Assembly: GCF_036321535.1 (NCBI RefSeq)
Contig: NC_087441.1
Coordinates: forward strand, 45,756,001 to 45,820,000
Direction of reading: 5' to 3'
DNA length: 64,000 nt
Source: Camelus dromedarius
Taxonomy: Eukaryota
The notes under the pieces were generated by a model. That model ran no database searches. It saw only the letters and a list, made by a program, of their open reading frames with translations, and was not told where the DNA came from. The position numbers and the translations under genes were made by a program. Of this stretch, positions 11,050-22,313 are shown piece after piece (position 1 is the first letter of the stretch; each line of letters opens with the position of its first letter).

Positions 11050-14000
11050 GGGCTATAATTTTCTTTAGCAAAGAATGGTTTACTTTGTGGGAATAAAAGA
11101 GCCAAAATTAAAGACATGCTCTATAATCTCTATCTCCACCTTCTAGGATTACCTCCTTCCCTTTAATGTTTTGTATTTCTATCTAACCTTACTCTGTCTT
11201 ACATGTGTCCTTTCATAAGTTAAATTTACTTCTCAGTTTTGTGGCTGGAAATATTAAGCCCCCTTGCAACAAACTCCAGAAGACTGTCCATATTTACTAA
11301 TTTTGCTAGAATTGTATTAGACTGTTTGCTTGGGGGGGGGGGTCAGGTAGGACAAGGAAATCCTTTTATTCTACAAAATTAATTTTTGGATGGTAGGTGT
11401 CAAGAACTGTGACAAGTCTGAGGTTTTTCCTCTATGTGCAAGCTCATAAGTTAACCTGTCACAGTGTCACGGATGCAGAAGACAGAAGACTCCCAGTAAG
11501 AGGCACCACAGACTGAGCTTCCTGTTCCTCGTCTGCTCCTCTGTCCCCAGGTTCCATAGCGGTGATGAGGAGTAGCTCAGGTGGATGCTTCACACGGAGT
11601 GTACTGTGCCCCAGCTGAGGAATTTCGACCTCAGGAAACCTATTCTTTTAAAGGGTATACAAGCAAAGCTGTCTAAGAGGGAGCTACTCATTCTTCCAAG
11701 GCTGTTCCCTACACAAACATAAGAGAGTCTGGAGCAAAATTGTATGCCTCTGCTCACAAGGTTTGCAGAAATATGAGATACCCATAGAAAGCCATCTCTT
11801 AAAAGTTGAACTTCAAAATATATAATAGTACATCTATTTACGAAGAAGTATAGAGTACTTTCAAGTGACAATTAGGACCAGCAAGGCCATCTTCATTGAG
11901 AATAATGTGCTCTTAGACCTTCTGCGAATGTTTTATTGTCAAAGATAGTTTTATGTTACAACTGAAGACAGTTTACTTAACATGCACCAACTAAAACATA
12001 TCCAGAATTTTCCAAGTTGAATCCAGTCCAATGTGACAGTGGAAAGGGGGTGTCTAAAAATGGACACTCTCTCTGTTACATATTGTAAATGTAAAAGATT
12101 TTGATTATGGCTTTGGCACCTTTCCTCAAAACCTCAATCTAAAATATGTCCTGACCCCACTCCCCTCCAAAAATCCTGCTCTTCCCAACAAACTGAACGT
12201 GTTCCTCCAAGTGAGTCTGAATCCTTATAGAACAGCTGACATTCCTTTTTCCTAAGATGCTGCCCAAGTCCAGGGAGTCTTTGGAGCTTCTTTGGTTGAA
12301 ATAATTGAGGAACCTCTGAAATATTCTTCTGAACAGTTGTGCTGGCATCTGATCATCTTTGAGAGATTATTTATTTTTGTTTTTGACTGTGAAAAGGCAT
12401 TTAGAGATGATGCAGATGAATTAGGAGGGTAATCAAATTTGCTGATATTTCAATTAAAAAAATCATATGACTAAAATTCAATGAGTGGCTTTTTAAAAAT
12501 CATTATTTCTATTTAAACTGCCTCTGATTCAAGGAGACATTCAGTAATACTGGGATAACAATAACCTCCCTCATTTACATGAATCAGTCTGCATCTATAT
12601 CTTTAAAAAAATTAGTAAATTTACTTAAAATTAATCTATTTACTTTATAATCACACCCAAAGTTTTTCCAGCTTTTTAATTTCTTGATTCTCTGCCACAT
12701 TCTTGGGACTCTGGTCACTGGGTATGTTCTATGTCAACTTTCCAAAATTTTCCGAAAGCCTACAATTCCTGTTCTTTTTGTTTTGTTTTGTTTTTTGTTC
12801 TTGACATGACAACACATATGAGAGAGAGAGGATGGAGAGCACTAGGGAGGTGCCTCAAGTCAAAGGGAAGCAAGGCACCCCTTCCACGTGTCTTGGAGGT
12901 ACAGCTTTCCCCACAACCAGCTCCTTCACAACTCTGCAATTACTCTTCCCCACCTACCACACCCCTACTCACAAAACACAATCTGGGCCTATTGTCATGG
13001 AAATTATAAGGATTAGTGTGACTTTCAGCAAAGTGCTTTCGAGAATTGGAGATGACACTGGAGTGTTATGACTCATGGAATTATTTCTTTATACACTGAA
13101 CCCCCACATCTTTCAAGCCTGCTGACATAATGACAGGGTATCTCTCTGTATGTCAGGAGTGACACCTCAGGAGCAGCGCATCTCAGACGAGTTTAGGTTT
13201 GATGATACTAAAACTGAGTTTTGAGTAGAATTGTGAATGTTTCAGTGTGTTGAAAAAAATAGTTTTTAGAGCAAGAAAAAAATCTAAAAAAAAAAAAAGC
13301 CATCCTCCATCTCCAACAGTATGATTTGTAAAGTTTTCTTTGCATTTAGTACTAGGTACTTATAATCTGACTGAACCAAGTGCCTGACCCCCAGCCTTCC
13401 ACAGCTTAATATAAGCAGAACTGGAATGTCGGTATGAAAACAAACCCCGTGGATTTCAGTCTTGGAGCTACCTCCATGGGGTGGTGTTATCGTGAGGAGC
13501 TATGAAGGCATGTATGCAAGTGCTGAGAGCCTGGGAGGCCCCCTCTCAGCAGCTGTGACTTGAAGTTAATTGCACGTCCAGTTGCACCCACAGAGGGCCA
13601 GGCACTGACGTGAGGGACAGACCTGGAAACGGAGACCCAGAGAAGAGTAGTGACTTGTCACACTTGGTGACAGAACGGGAACTGGGACCCATGCACCTTC
13701 CCCCACAGGGGGCTGCACTGCATCACACAACACCCCTGTCTTGCACCACTGCTTCCAACAGCAGGGCCAGACAGGAAGCCCTTCCCTGCGGTTCCTCCCG
13801 GGGTTCCCCCCGGGCACCAGGTGCAGGGGCCTGAGGCCACAGGGCGGGGCAGAGGACAAAGCTTACAGTAGACTGTGGTTTACAGTTCTAGGTGCTTGGA
13901 TACAAAGAGAGCAAAACAGAAAAAAAAAAAGCAGATAAAGATCCCTTCCATACATAATCAGTTGATAACTAATTTAAATAGTATAATCAAAGGTGACAGA

Positions 14001-14437
14001 CAAGTGTGATGGATAAAAGAAACACTAGAGAAAGGCAAGGAGGGCAGAAGGAGAGCAGGTTTCAATTTCTGTGGTCAAGACAGATTGCATCTCAAAGCTG
14101 GGCCAAGGCTTGAAGGGGTGAAGAAGTTAGCCGTGCAGCTATTTGGGGGAAGAGTGTTCCAGACAGAGAGCAAAGTTGACACACGGGCTCTAAGGCGGGA
14201 GCAGCTGGCTTGTGTGTAGACTGTTAGAGAGGCCAGTTGCTGGAGGGGAGAGCAGCGGGAGGGGAGCTCAGAGATAGGCCCGAGATCAAGGCTGCAGCAG
14301 GCAGGAACTCGTGTAGGCTGTTGCTAGGACTTCGGCTTCTACTCTGAGTGAGGTGGGAGCCACTGCAGCGTTCTGAGCAGAGGAGTGACAGGACCTTGCG
14401 TTTTTGTCTTAAAAAGATCCCTCTGGCTATTGTGTAA

Positions 14438-14440
<3 letters not shown>

Positions 14441-14485
<45 letters not shown>
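14441..14485 (+). repeat. (CAA)15 microsatellite
   Basis: Perfect trinucleotide array read directly. Confidence 0.95.
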
Positions 14486-14585
14486 AACCTAAGGAGAGAG
14501 AGATTGAAGTAGGAAGACCAGTTAGGTGCTTACTGCAGAAACCTCCCTGGAAATTTTATGTGTTATAAGGCAATGAGTGCTGTAA

Positions 14586-15064
14586 CAGGCACACCTCAGA
14601 GATACTGTGGCTCTGTTCTGGACCACATAAAATAAAGTGAGTATCACAATAAACTGAGTCACAAGAAATTTTTGGTTTCCCAGTGCATGTAAAAGTTATG
14701 TTTGCACCATACTGTCGTCTATTAAGTGTGCGACAGAATTATGCCTAAAAAAACAACATAAATACCTTAATTAAAATTACTTTATTGCTAAAAAGCAGAC
14801 CATCATCTGAGCCTTCAGTGAGTCATAATCTTTTCACAATAGTAACATCAAAGGTCACTGTCACAGATCACCATAGCAAATACTATAAAGTTTGAAATGT
14901 GAGAATTACCAAAATGTGACACACACAGAGTCATGAAGTGAGCAAATTCTGTATGGAAAATGGCTTCGATAGACTTTCAGGGTTGCCACAAACCTTCAAT
15001 TTGTTAAAAAAAAAAAAAAAAAAAAAGCAATCTCTGCAAAGCACAATAAAACGAGGCCTGCCTG
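14586..15064 (-). mobile_element. Tigger1-derived MITE (possibly Tigger1a_Art)
   Basis: Both Tigger1 termini (CAGGCACACCTCAGAGATA... and ...CAATAAAACGAGGCCTGCCTG) joined across an internal deletion, ~480 bp. Confidence 0.8.
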
Positions 15065-15949
15065 CATAGCTACCTGTTTGTCCCCATGGAGGCTCTGATG
15101 AGGTGACAGCTGCGAGGTGGGGTGCGGTGTTTGGATTTAGGATGTGCATATTTTGAAGGTAAACCCAGCAGGATTTTCTAATGAAGCGGATGTGCTGTTA
15201 TGAGAGGAAGAGTCGAGTAAAGAAGCTTCTAATGTTTTGTGCCTGAGCAACTAGAAGGATGGAGGTGCCATCAGCTGAGAAGGTCAAGGCAAGATTGTAG
15301 AGTGGATTTGGGGGGAAAAAATTATAAGCTCTGTGCTGGGTATGTTAGTCTGAGATTCTTCAAAGGGAAAAGTTAGGTAGGCAGCGAGTATATAAGTGTA
15401 AAGTTTAAGAACAAGGTCCAACAAAAATAGAAATTTGAGGTAAAATGGCATTTACTCTCTGAATGAGATCGACGAAGAAATAAGAGCAGAGGCGTCTGAA
15501 CTCTGAGGAGAGTTAACAGTGTCAGGCCGGGCAGAAGAGGAGGAAATGGGGAAGGACACGGAGAAGGAGCACACAGCGTGTTGGGAGGAAAACCAAGGTG
15601 TGGTGTCCCAGCAAACACTGTCAAGAAAGAGGTATCACCGGTGTCAATTGCACTGAGAAGGCAAGAAAGATGAGCACTGAGAACTGACCACTGGATTTAG
15701 TCAAGCGGGGGTGGTGCTGAGCTTCCTAAGAGCCACGTCAGTGGGACAGCTGGAGACGCAACCCCACTCCGAGCAGGCTTGAAAGTTAGAATGGGAAGTA
15801 TGACAGTGTGGTACTGGGACAAGGGCAAAGAGGCCAATGATACAGATGGGAATCCAGAAACGACCCCACACATGTGGACAGACTCACACACTTGATATAG
15901 GCGACAAGCTCGCTCTGCAGAACAGTGGGGCAAAGGAAGACATTTTCAA

Positions 15950-16087
15950 GGGGGAAGGTATAGCTCAGGTGGTAGAGCATATGCTTAGCATGCAGGAGGT
16001 CCTGGGTTCAATCCCCAGTATCTCCTCCAAATATAAATAAATAAATAAATAAATAAACCCAATTGCTTCCCCCTCATTAAAAAAAAA
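15950..16087 (+). mobile_element. vic-1-type SINE with 18-bp TSD
   Basis: A and B boxes plus A tail; TSD AAAGGAAGACATTTTCAA (15932-15949) / AAAGGAAGGCATTTTCAA (16088-16105). Confidence 0.92.
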
Positions 16088-16585
16088 AAAGGAAGGCATT
16101 TTCAAAATATGGTGCTGAGACAATAGGATATTCATTTGGGGGAGAAGAAAATGATACATGGCTCCTGTGTCACTTATGCAACAATTAATTCCAGGTGGCA
16201 TGTAAGTCTATAATTGAAGGGCAAAACAATAAAAGGAGAAAGGAATATAGGAAACAATAAAAGGAATACAGGAGAGTATGTTTATTCATGACCTTAGGGT
16301 AGGATATAAAGAGCATGTCTAAAAAGGAAAAAAACTGAGAAACTGAATTACATCCAAATAAAAGACTTCAGTTCTTTAAAGACACAATAAAGAAATGAAA
16401 AGCAAGCCCCAGAGCGGGAGAAGACATTTGCCACACATGTAATTGACAACGGACTTGCATCCATACTAAACAAATAACTCCTACTAATTGGTAAGAGAAA
16501 AGATAACTCAATAGAAAAATAGAAATAGAAAAATAGAAGAAGACAACTCAATAGAAAAATGGGCAATAGGCTTAAAAAGACACTT

Positions 16586-17028
16586 TGTGTCCTAGATTTT
16601 CAAAGTATGGTGCTCTTCAGAAGCAGACCCTGAGAAGGAGTTTGTGGTGCAAGATGTTTATTAAAAATCAAGATGCTTATTGTGAACAAAATGGGGGAGG
16701 AACTGTAGGATTGGCAGAGAAAGGAGTTGAGCTTCGATGTCAGCCCGGCAAAGCCTGGACTAACCTAGTGGGGGTTGCTCAGTAATGTGTCCTGTGTCCC
16801 ACGTCCCATGTCAGGTTGAAATGGCTGTGCCTGCAGAGTCCGCCTTGCTCAGTCAGAGCATGGGCTCTCCAGAAGAGCGTGACCTTGGACAAGGTGGTTC
16901 TCTGTGGTTGAGGCTGACCCTGAACGCGCTGCTGGCTGGAGGCTGTCTGGGGACCACACTCTCCGCTGCTGGGCAGCCAGTCCTTCTAGGAAGGAGGAGC
17001 TGAGTGCTGTGTCTCCATGTCTGCTACA
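16586..17028. mobile_element. MaLR (MLT1-type) LTR
   Basis: AGAAGCAGACCCTGAGAAGGAGTTTGTGGTGCAAGATGTTTATT motif; it interrupts otherwise contiguous L1 sequence. Confidence 0.6.
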
Positions 17029-17467
17029 GTTCACAAAACCCTATATCCCAAGGTCCAAAGACATACGTGAAAGCCGTTCAAGCTCTTTATCCATCAGGGA
17101 AATGCAAGTGAAAACCACAGTGAGGTATTACTACATGCTCACCAGAATGACAGAAGCAGAAGAGACTGACAATACCAAATGGTGTGAGGACATTTAGGAA
17201 CTGGAAATCTCATCTCCTTCTGGTAGGAATGTAACTATGTAGATCACTTCATAAAGCAGTTTGCCACTAGTTATTAAACTTGACAGTGATGCACAGGCAG
17301 TAACCTAGCAGTCATACTTCCAGGTATTTGTATGCACATATGCACCAATAGACATGGACAAGAATGGTCATAGAAGCCCTATTCATAACAGCTCCAAACT
17401 AGAAATAACCCAAATATTGATTGATAATAGAATGGATAAATAAAGTCTTCTATGTTTATATGAAGGT

Positions 17468-17972
17468 TGTGGTGGGTAGCTTCCAAGATGGTCCACAGTG
17501 ATTCCTGCCTCTTGGTTTTCACATCCTTGAGTGGTCCCCTCCCACACTGGACCAGGATGGTTGGTGTGATCAACAGCACACAGCAGCAGTAATGGTGTGT
17601 CACTTCTGAGATTAGATTATAAAAAACATTGCAGCTTCCATCTTGGGAGCTCCTTCACTCATGTTTTTTCTCTTGGACTATTTGCTCTGGGGAATCTATG
17701 TCATGAGCAGCCCTATGGAAAGGCCCATGTGGCAAGGAGCTGGTCTCTTGTCAAAAGCCATGTGAGTGAATTTGGAAGTGCCTGAGTTAAGTCTTCAGAG
17801 ATTACAGCCCAGATGACAGCTTGACTGTAACTACATGAGAGACCCAAAACCAAACATCCAGCAAAGCCACAAATGATTCCTGACTCTCAGGACATAGGTT
17901 GTATAATTAATGTTAGTTTTAAGCTGTTAAATCTTGGGGTAATTTGTTACACGACAATCAGTAAGTAATGCA
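17468..17972 (+). mobile_element. MaLR (MLT1F/G/H-like) LTR
   Basis: Starts TGTGGTGGGTAGCTTCCAAGATGG and ends TTTTAAGCTGTTAAATCTTGGGGTAATTTGTTAC...CA. Confidence 0.7.
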
Positions 17973-18074
17973 GTGGGATCCTATAAAGTAATGAAAATAA
18001 ATGAAATGCAGTTACATTTGTCAACATGGGTGAAAACCTAGCCACAGGACACATTTTTGATTATTCCATTATTT

Positions 18075-18381
18075 TTTTTAAATTGAAGTATAAGTCAGTT
18101 ACAATGTGTCAAAATGTCTGGTGTACAGCATAATGTCCCAGTCATGCATATATATAAACATATATTTGTTTTCATATTCTTTTTCATTAAAGGTTACTAC
18201 AAGATATTGAATGTAGTTCCCTGTGCTATACAGAAGAAATTTGTTTTTTTTATCTATTTTTATATATAGTAGTTAACATTTGCAAATCTCCAATTCCCAA
18301 ATTTATCCTTTCCCACCCTCTTGCCCCAGTAACCATAAGATTGTTTACTACGTCTGTGAGTCTGTTTCTGTTTTGTAGATG
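18075..18381 (-). mobile_element. 5'-truncated young camelid-type L1 with 17-bp TSD
   Basis: Perfect TSD TGATTATTCCATTATTT at 18058-18074 and 18382-18398; antisense L1 3' UTR with poly-T. Confidence 0.9.
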
Positions 18382-19001
18382 TGATTATTCCATTATTTAA
18401 AGTTCAAGAAACAGGTAAAACTAAAAGTACAGTGCTCAGGGATGCATGCCTAGAAGGTAAAACAATAAAATAAAGCAAGGAAGTTATGCTCATAAAAGGC
18501 AGGATGGTGGCTACCTCTGGGGGCAGACGGGGGAGGGTAGGAAGTGGGAGGGGACATGAGGAAGGACTCTGCGCTCTTGCTAATGTCCTGTTTCTTGACC
18601 TGGATGGTGGTAGCAGTATTTGTTTTGGATAAATTATTAAGCTGTATAGTTCTGTTTTTACCCTCCACTCCCTCTTTTTTGAATATGTGTTGTATTTCAC
18701 AATAAAAAGGCAGAGAGAATGGGAGGAGAGAACTGCAGACAGAAAGCGTACACAACACTTTAGAGGAATGTTGCTACAAAGAGGACCAAAGAAAGAGGGT
18801 AGCCGCTGGAAGAGAAATGAGATCAAGATTTTTTTTTTTTTATTAAGAGGAGAGAAACAACAGTATGTTTTACACAGAAAGAGATCATCTACTGGAGAGG
18901 AAAAACTTACAAGACAAAAGAGAGGTATTGTTGGAGCCAAATTCTGGATTAGGAGAAAGGGATGGGTCTGGGCTAAGCTGGGTGCCAGGCTGTGGGGAAA
19001 T

Positions 19002-19516
19002 TGAATTAGGCAGGGTTCTCCAGAGAAAGAGAACGAACAGAATGTATCTATAGGTATCTATAGATATACATCCTATTAGTGAACCTGTATCTACTTATCT
19101 CTGTATCTACATATCTGAGAGACAGGGACAGAGAGGTAGCGAGATTGAGAAAGAGAGGGAAATTGAGATTTTAAGGAACTGGCTCACACTACTGTAAAGG
19201 GTCCAAAATCTCCAGGGTGGGCTGCTAGCAGGCTTGGAGATCAGGCAAGAGTTGATGCAGTCTTGAGTCCAAAGGCAGTCTGCAGGCAGAATTCCCTCCT
19301 TCCTTGGGAGAAGTCAATCTTTTTCCTTTTGAAGCCTTCAACTGATTGGATGAGGCCCACTCACATTATGGAGGACAGACTGCTTTACTAAAAGACTACT
19401 GACTGAAATGTTAATCTTGTTTTAAAGAATTCCTTCACAGTAACAACAGCCCAATGTTTGAGCAAATATCAGAGTACCTTGACCCAGTCAAGTTGACACA
19501 TAAAATTAACCACCCA
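19002..19516. mobile_element. MLT2 (ERVL) solo LTR
   Basis: CAGGGTTCTCCAGAGA start, GATTGGATGAGGCCCAC, and CAAGTTGACACATAAAATTAACCA end. Confidence 0.85.
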
Positions 19517-20084
19517 CCATGCAGACTTTAACCGTGTTTGTGAGTTATCTTGCTTGGGGTGGAGAAGGAGGGTGAGAGACAGTTGGTCAGCTATTAGGCC
19601 GTCTCTTGCCCTTGGGTTTCAGTTAGAACACCTGCCTCTTGATTTTTCTGTCGGCCTTGGAGAACATCCACACAGCATTGTGGGAAGGGGAGAGTTTGGG
19701 ATCACTGTGTGAATAATGTAAAACAAGACCCAAGACCTGGATCTTCTTATTTTGAGTTTGGAGCAAGAGTCTGAGGATATTACTAATTCTGAGTGAGCAA
19801 GACATCTGCTTGTATTTTTTTCTTACAGTTTGGCACGTCTTATATTTGAAAAGGTGGATTCCGTACCACATTTACTCAAAGTGGTCTAAGTGGTGGGGCC
19901 ATCAGAGCATTAAGCTACCTATACCTGCAGAGGAGATGAGCAAAGATGCTCTCAGGAACAGTGGGATTGCCCCTGGGGGATTTTCTACCAGGGGCTCAGT
20001 TCTGCCACCAGAACTAGGTGACCAGGTAGATGTTTGGGGAACTCGTAGCTGTGATTCCCTTGTTCGTGAAGACCCTGAAAGAGG

Positions 20085-20750
20085 TGTCTTCGGTGACGTT
20101 CTTCTTCCCTGTCCCAGGAAGCAGTAGTTCCTCCAGGACTCTCGCCCCGCCCCGCTCCGCCACGAAGTGCAGGCGCTCAGAACCGGGTGTCCGGATTCAA
20201 GCGGGAACGGCCTGAGCGAGTGGCGCGTCCAGCTGTGGCCGCCAGGGAGCGCCAGCCGCCGGCGGAGGTCAGGCACTGGCTGGCGGGATCCGGGACATCC
20301 GGGACTCGTCTCTGAAGCCCGCGGCCCGAACCGCTGTGGCGGGATCGCGGCTGAAGTTCCCCAGCGCCGCTGGCCTCGGGTATCGCCGTTTTACCCACCC
20401 TGAAGTCCCGACCACGTCCCCTTTGCCCTTTCCCACGACGGAGAGCTGCTTCTCCTTGGACCCCTGGAGGCAAAAGGGAGTCCCTGCCGCTTCGCTCCTT
20501 GGCCTGTCGGATGCACAGAGCGGGCGCCCTGCCCCCAAGGGACTCGCCCGCTGTCCCCGGGCCCTAGCCCCCTGCCCCCCACCCTGGGGGAGGACAGCTA
20601 CCCACGGTCGTTGCCTCAGAGGGGTGACCCTGTGAACTTTAGGGCCTCTCGCTAGAGCAGGGCGGAAACAGCCACCCCCGGGATAAATATAATCCTCTTT
20701 AGGACGCGCCGCCACACTCTCCATGGAATCGTCAGGGGCCTCGCTTTGGG
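20085..20750. promoter_or_regulatory. CpG island; candidate upstream (alternative) SCML4 promoter
   Basis: Sharp rise in GC and CpG density; GC boxes at 20144-20153 and 20660-20665; TATAA at 20688. The link to SCML4 is inferred from synteny only. Confidence 0.75.
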
Positions 20751-20758
20751 GGCCACAA

Positions 20759-21019
20759 CAGGGTGGCCAGATTTAGCACACACACAAAAGGATGCTCAGG
20801 TAAACTTGAATTTCAGATGGACAACAAATTATTTTTTAGTATTTAAGTGTGCCTCATGCAATATTTGGCACATACTTTTGCTTAAATTTATAGTAAATAT
20901 GTATTTTATATTATATGTTTGGAAAAATACTTACACTAAATATATATTACATTTTATATACATATAAATATTTAGTAAATATACATATATGTCTATAGTA
21001 TATACACATAGTGTACTAA

Positions 21020-21065
<46 letters not shown>

Positions 21066-21128
21066 TCCTTGTTTACCTGAAACTCAAATGTGACTTGAGT
21101 GCCCAGTATTTTTTTTCTGGCAACTCTA
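20759..21128. mobile_element. MER53-like palindromic MITE expanded by AT-rich sequence and (TG)21
   Basis: Terminal inverted repeats CAGGGTGGCCAGA.../...TCTGGCAACTCTA; (TG)21 at 21021-21062. Confidence 0.75.
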
Positions 21129-21903
21129 GCCAGGAATGAATTTATGTGGAGGGAGGAAGGGAAAGGTGGGGGCAGATAAATGTGTGTGAAGCTGTCACTA
21201 TGAGATACTCATTTCTGTTTCCTCTTTTTAATGTCTTATCTATACATTTTTAATTCCATTTATAGAAACCTGACTAGTTAAAAAAATCCAATTTCTCTGT
21301 TTTGTTTCAGTTAAACTCAATTACAACCTTGTCTGTAACTTTTTTTTCTTAGCAGATTTTAAAAAGAAGCAACTGATCATTTAGATCATGGAATTCAGCT
21401 AAAGCTGTCACTCTTTATGTCTATGGAAACTTTCCTTTCGAGAAACTTAATATTTTTCTATTAATTTATTTTTAGAGACAAATCTGTATTTTGCTATTTT
21501 GGCAGAAAGCTTTACCTTCTGACCAGAGACCAAAGAACTGTTGGGTGGGGCAGAAATATGGAAGGCATGATACTGCCTGCACACACCCTACACACCCTGA
21601 CCAGGGCCTGTGGGAGCCTCCTGGGACCCCAATTCTGGGTAGCCATTTCACACCCACTATCCAATGGGGGACACACACACACACACACAGAGTATATGTG
21701 TCCATTACATTTAGATTTTGAGTCAAGGGACTCAATCCCCATGAGGGACTGGATCCCGTATATTCCTAGTAACACTGCTTGGCCTTTGCTAGCTCATTTC
21801 CCTCACTCCGTTGCGGAATCCCACCTGAAACAGGACCGGCTTAGATGTAGATAAGCTCCTGGTTGGTCTTGACCTGCTCAGTCTTGGAGGAGAGGAAGCC
21901 AAG

Positions 21904-22313
21904 TGTATTAGCTTAGTTTCCCTAGGGCTGCTGTAACAGAGTACCACAAACTGGGTGGCTTAAACAACAGAAATGTATTGTTTCAGTTACGGAGTCTAGA
22001 TTTTTCAAAATCAAGGTTTGCTTCCTTCTGAGGGCTGTGAGGAAAAGATCATTCCAGGATCTCTCTTTGGCTTGTAGATGGTGTCTTTTCTGTGTCTCTT
22101 TACATTGTTTTCCCTCTAAGCTCATTGTCTCTGTGTCCAAATTTCTCCTTTCTATAAGGGCACCAGTCACAGAGGATTATAACCCACCCTAATGACCTTG
22201 CTTTACCCTGATTCTCTCTGTAAAGACCCCATCTCAAATAAGGTCATGTTCTGAGGTAATGGGGGTTAGAATTTCAACATATCTTTTTGTGAGAAATAGT
22301 TCAGTCCATAACC
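21904..22313 (-). mobile_element. MLT1A/B/C-like MaLR solo LTR
   Basis: AGGGCTGCTGTAACAGAGTACCACAAACTGGGTGGCTTAAACAACAGAAA motif; perfect 5-bp TSD CCAAG (21899-21903, 22314-22318). Confidence 0.9.

Larger units (their letters stand above)
15797..18708 (+). mobile_element. Old L1 (L1ME/MC-like) ORF2 end and 3' UTR, interrupted
   Basis: Motifs CAGGGAAATGCAAGTGAAAACCACAGTGAG and CCTGTTTCTTGACCTGGATGGTGG, terminal AATAAA at 18701; candidate TSD AGAATGGGA at 15788-15796 and 18716-18724. Confidence 0.7.
13860..18990 (-). mobile_element. L2a-like LINE, interrupted by several younger elements
   Basis: Antisense L2 motifs at 13860-14570, 15065-15796 and 18716-18990, e.g. GGGAGCCACTGCAGCGTTCTGAGCAGAGGAGTGACA and GCCTGAGCAACTAGAAGGATGGAGGTGCCAT. 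Confidence 0.7.

Noticed and set aside
13560-13860. GC-rich patch with two CTCF-like strings and overlapping ORFs
   Set aside because: Both motifs miss core positions and the ORFs are not recognisable.
15950-16030. tRNA-Ala-like head as a possible tRNA gene (also 190-260 and 25560-25633)
   Set aside because: It is followed by the SINE body and A tail and flanked by TSDs, so it is a SINE rather than a tRNA gene.
18404-19004. 178-aa and 105-aa ORFs
   Set aside because: They fall in the L1 3' UTR and L2 remnants and have low-complexity composition.
19810-20724. Several overlapping 60-150-aa ORFs in the CpG island, including IPLFVKTLKEV, which faintly echoes an MBT-repeat segment of SCM-family proteins
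   Set aside because: GC-rich DNA is stop-poor, the ORFs overlap on both strands, and the diagnostic GMKLEA-type MBT motif is absent.
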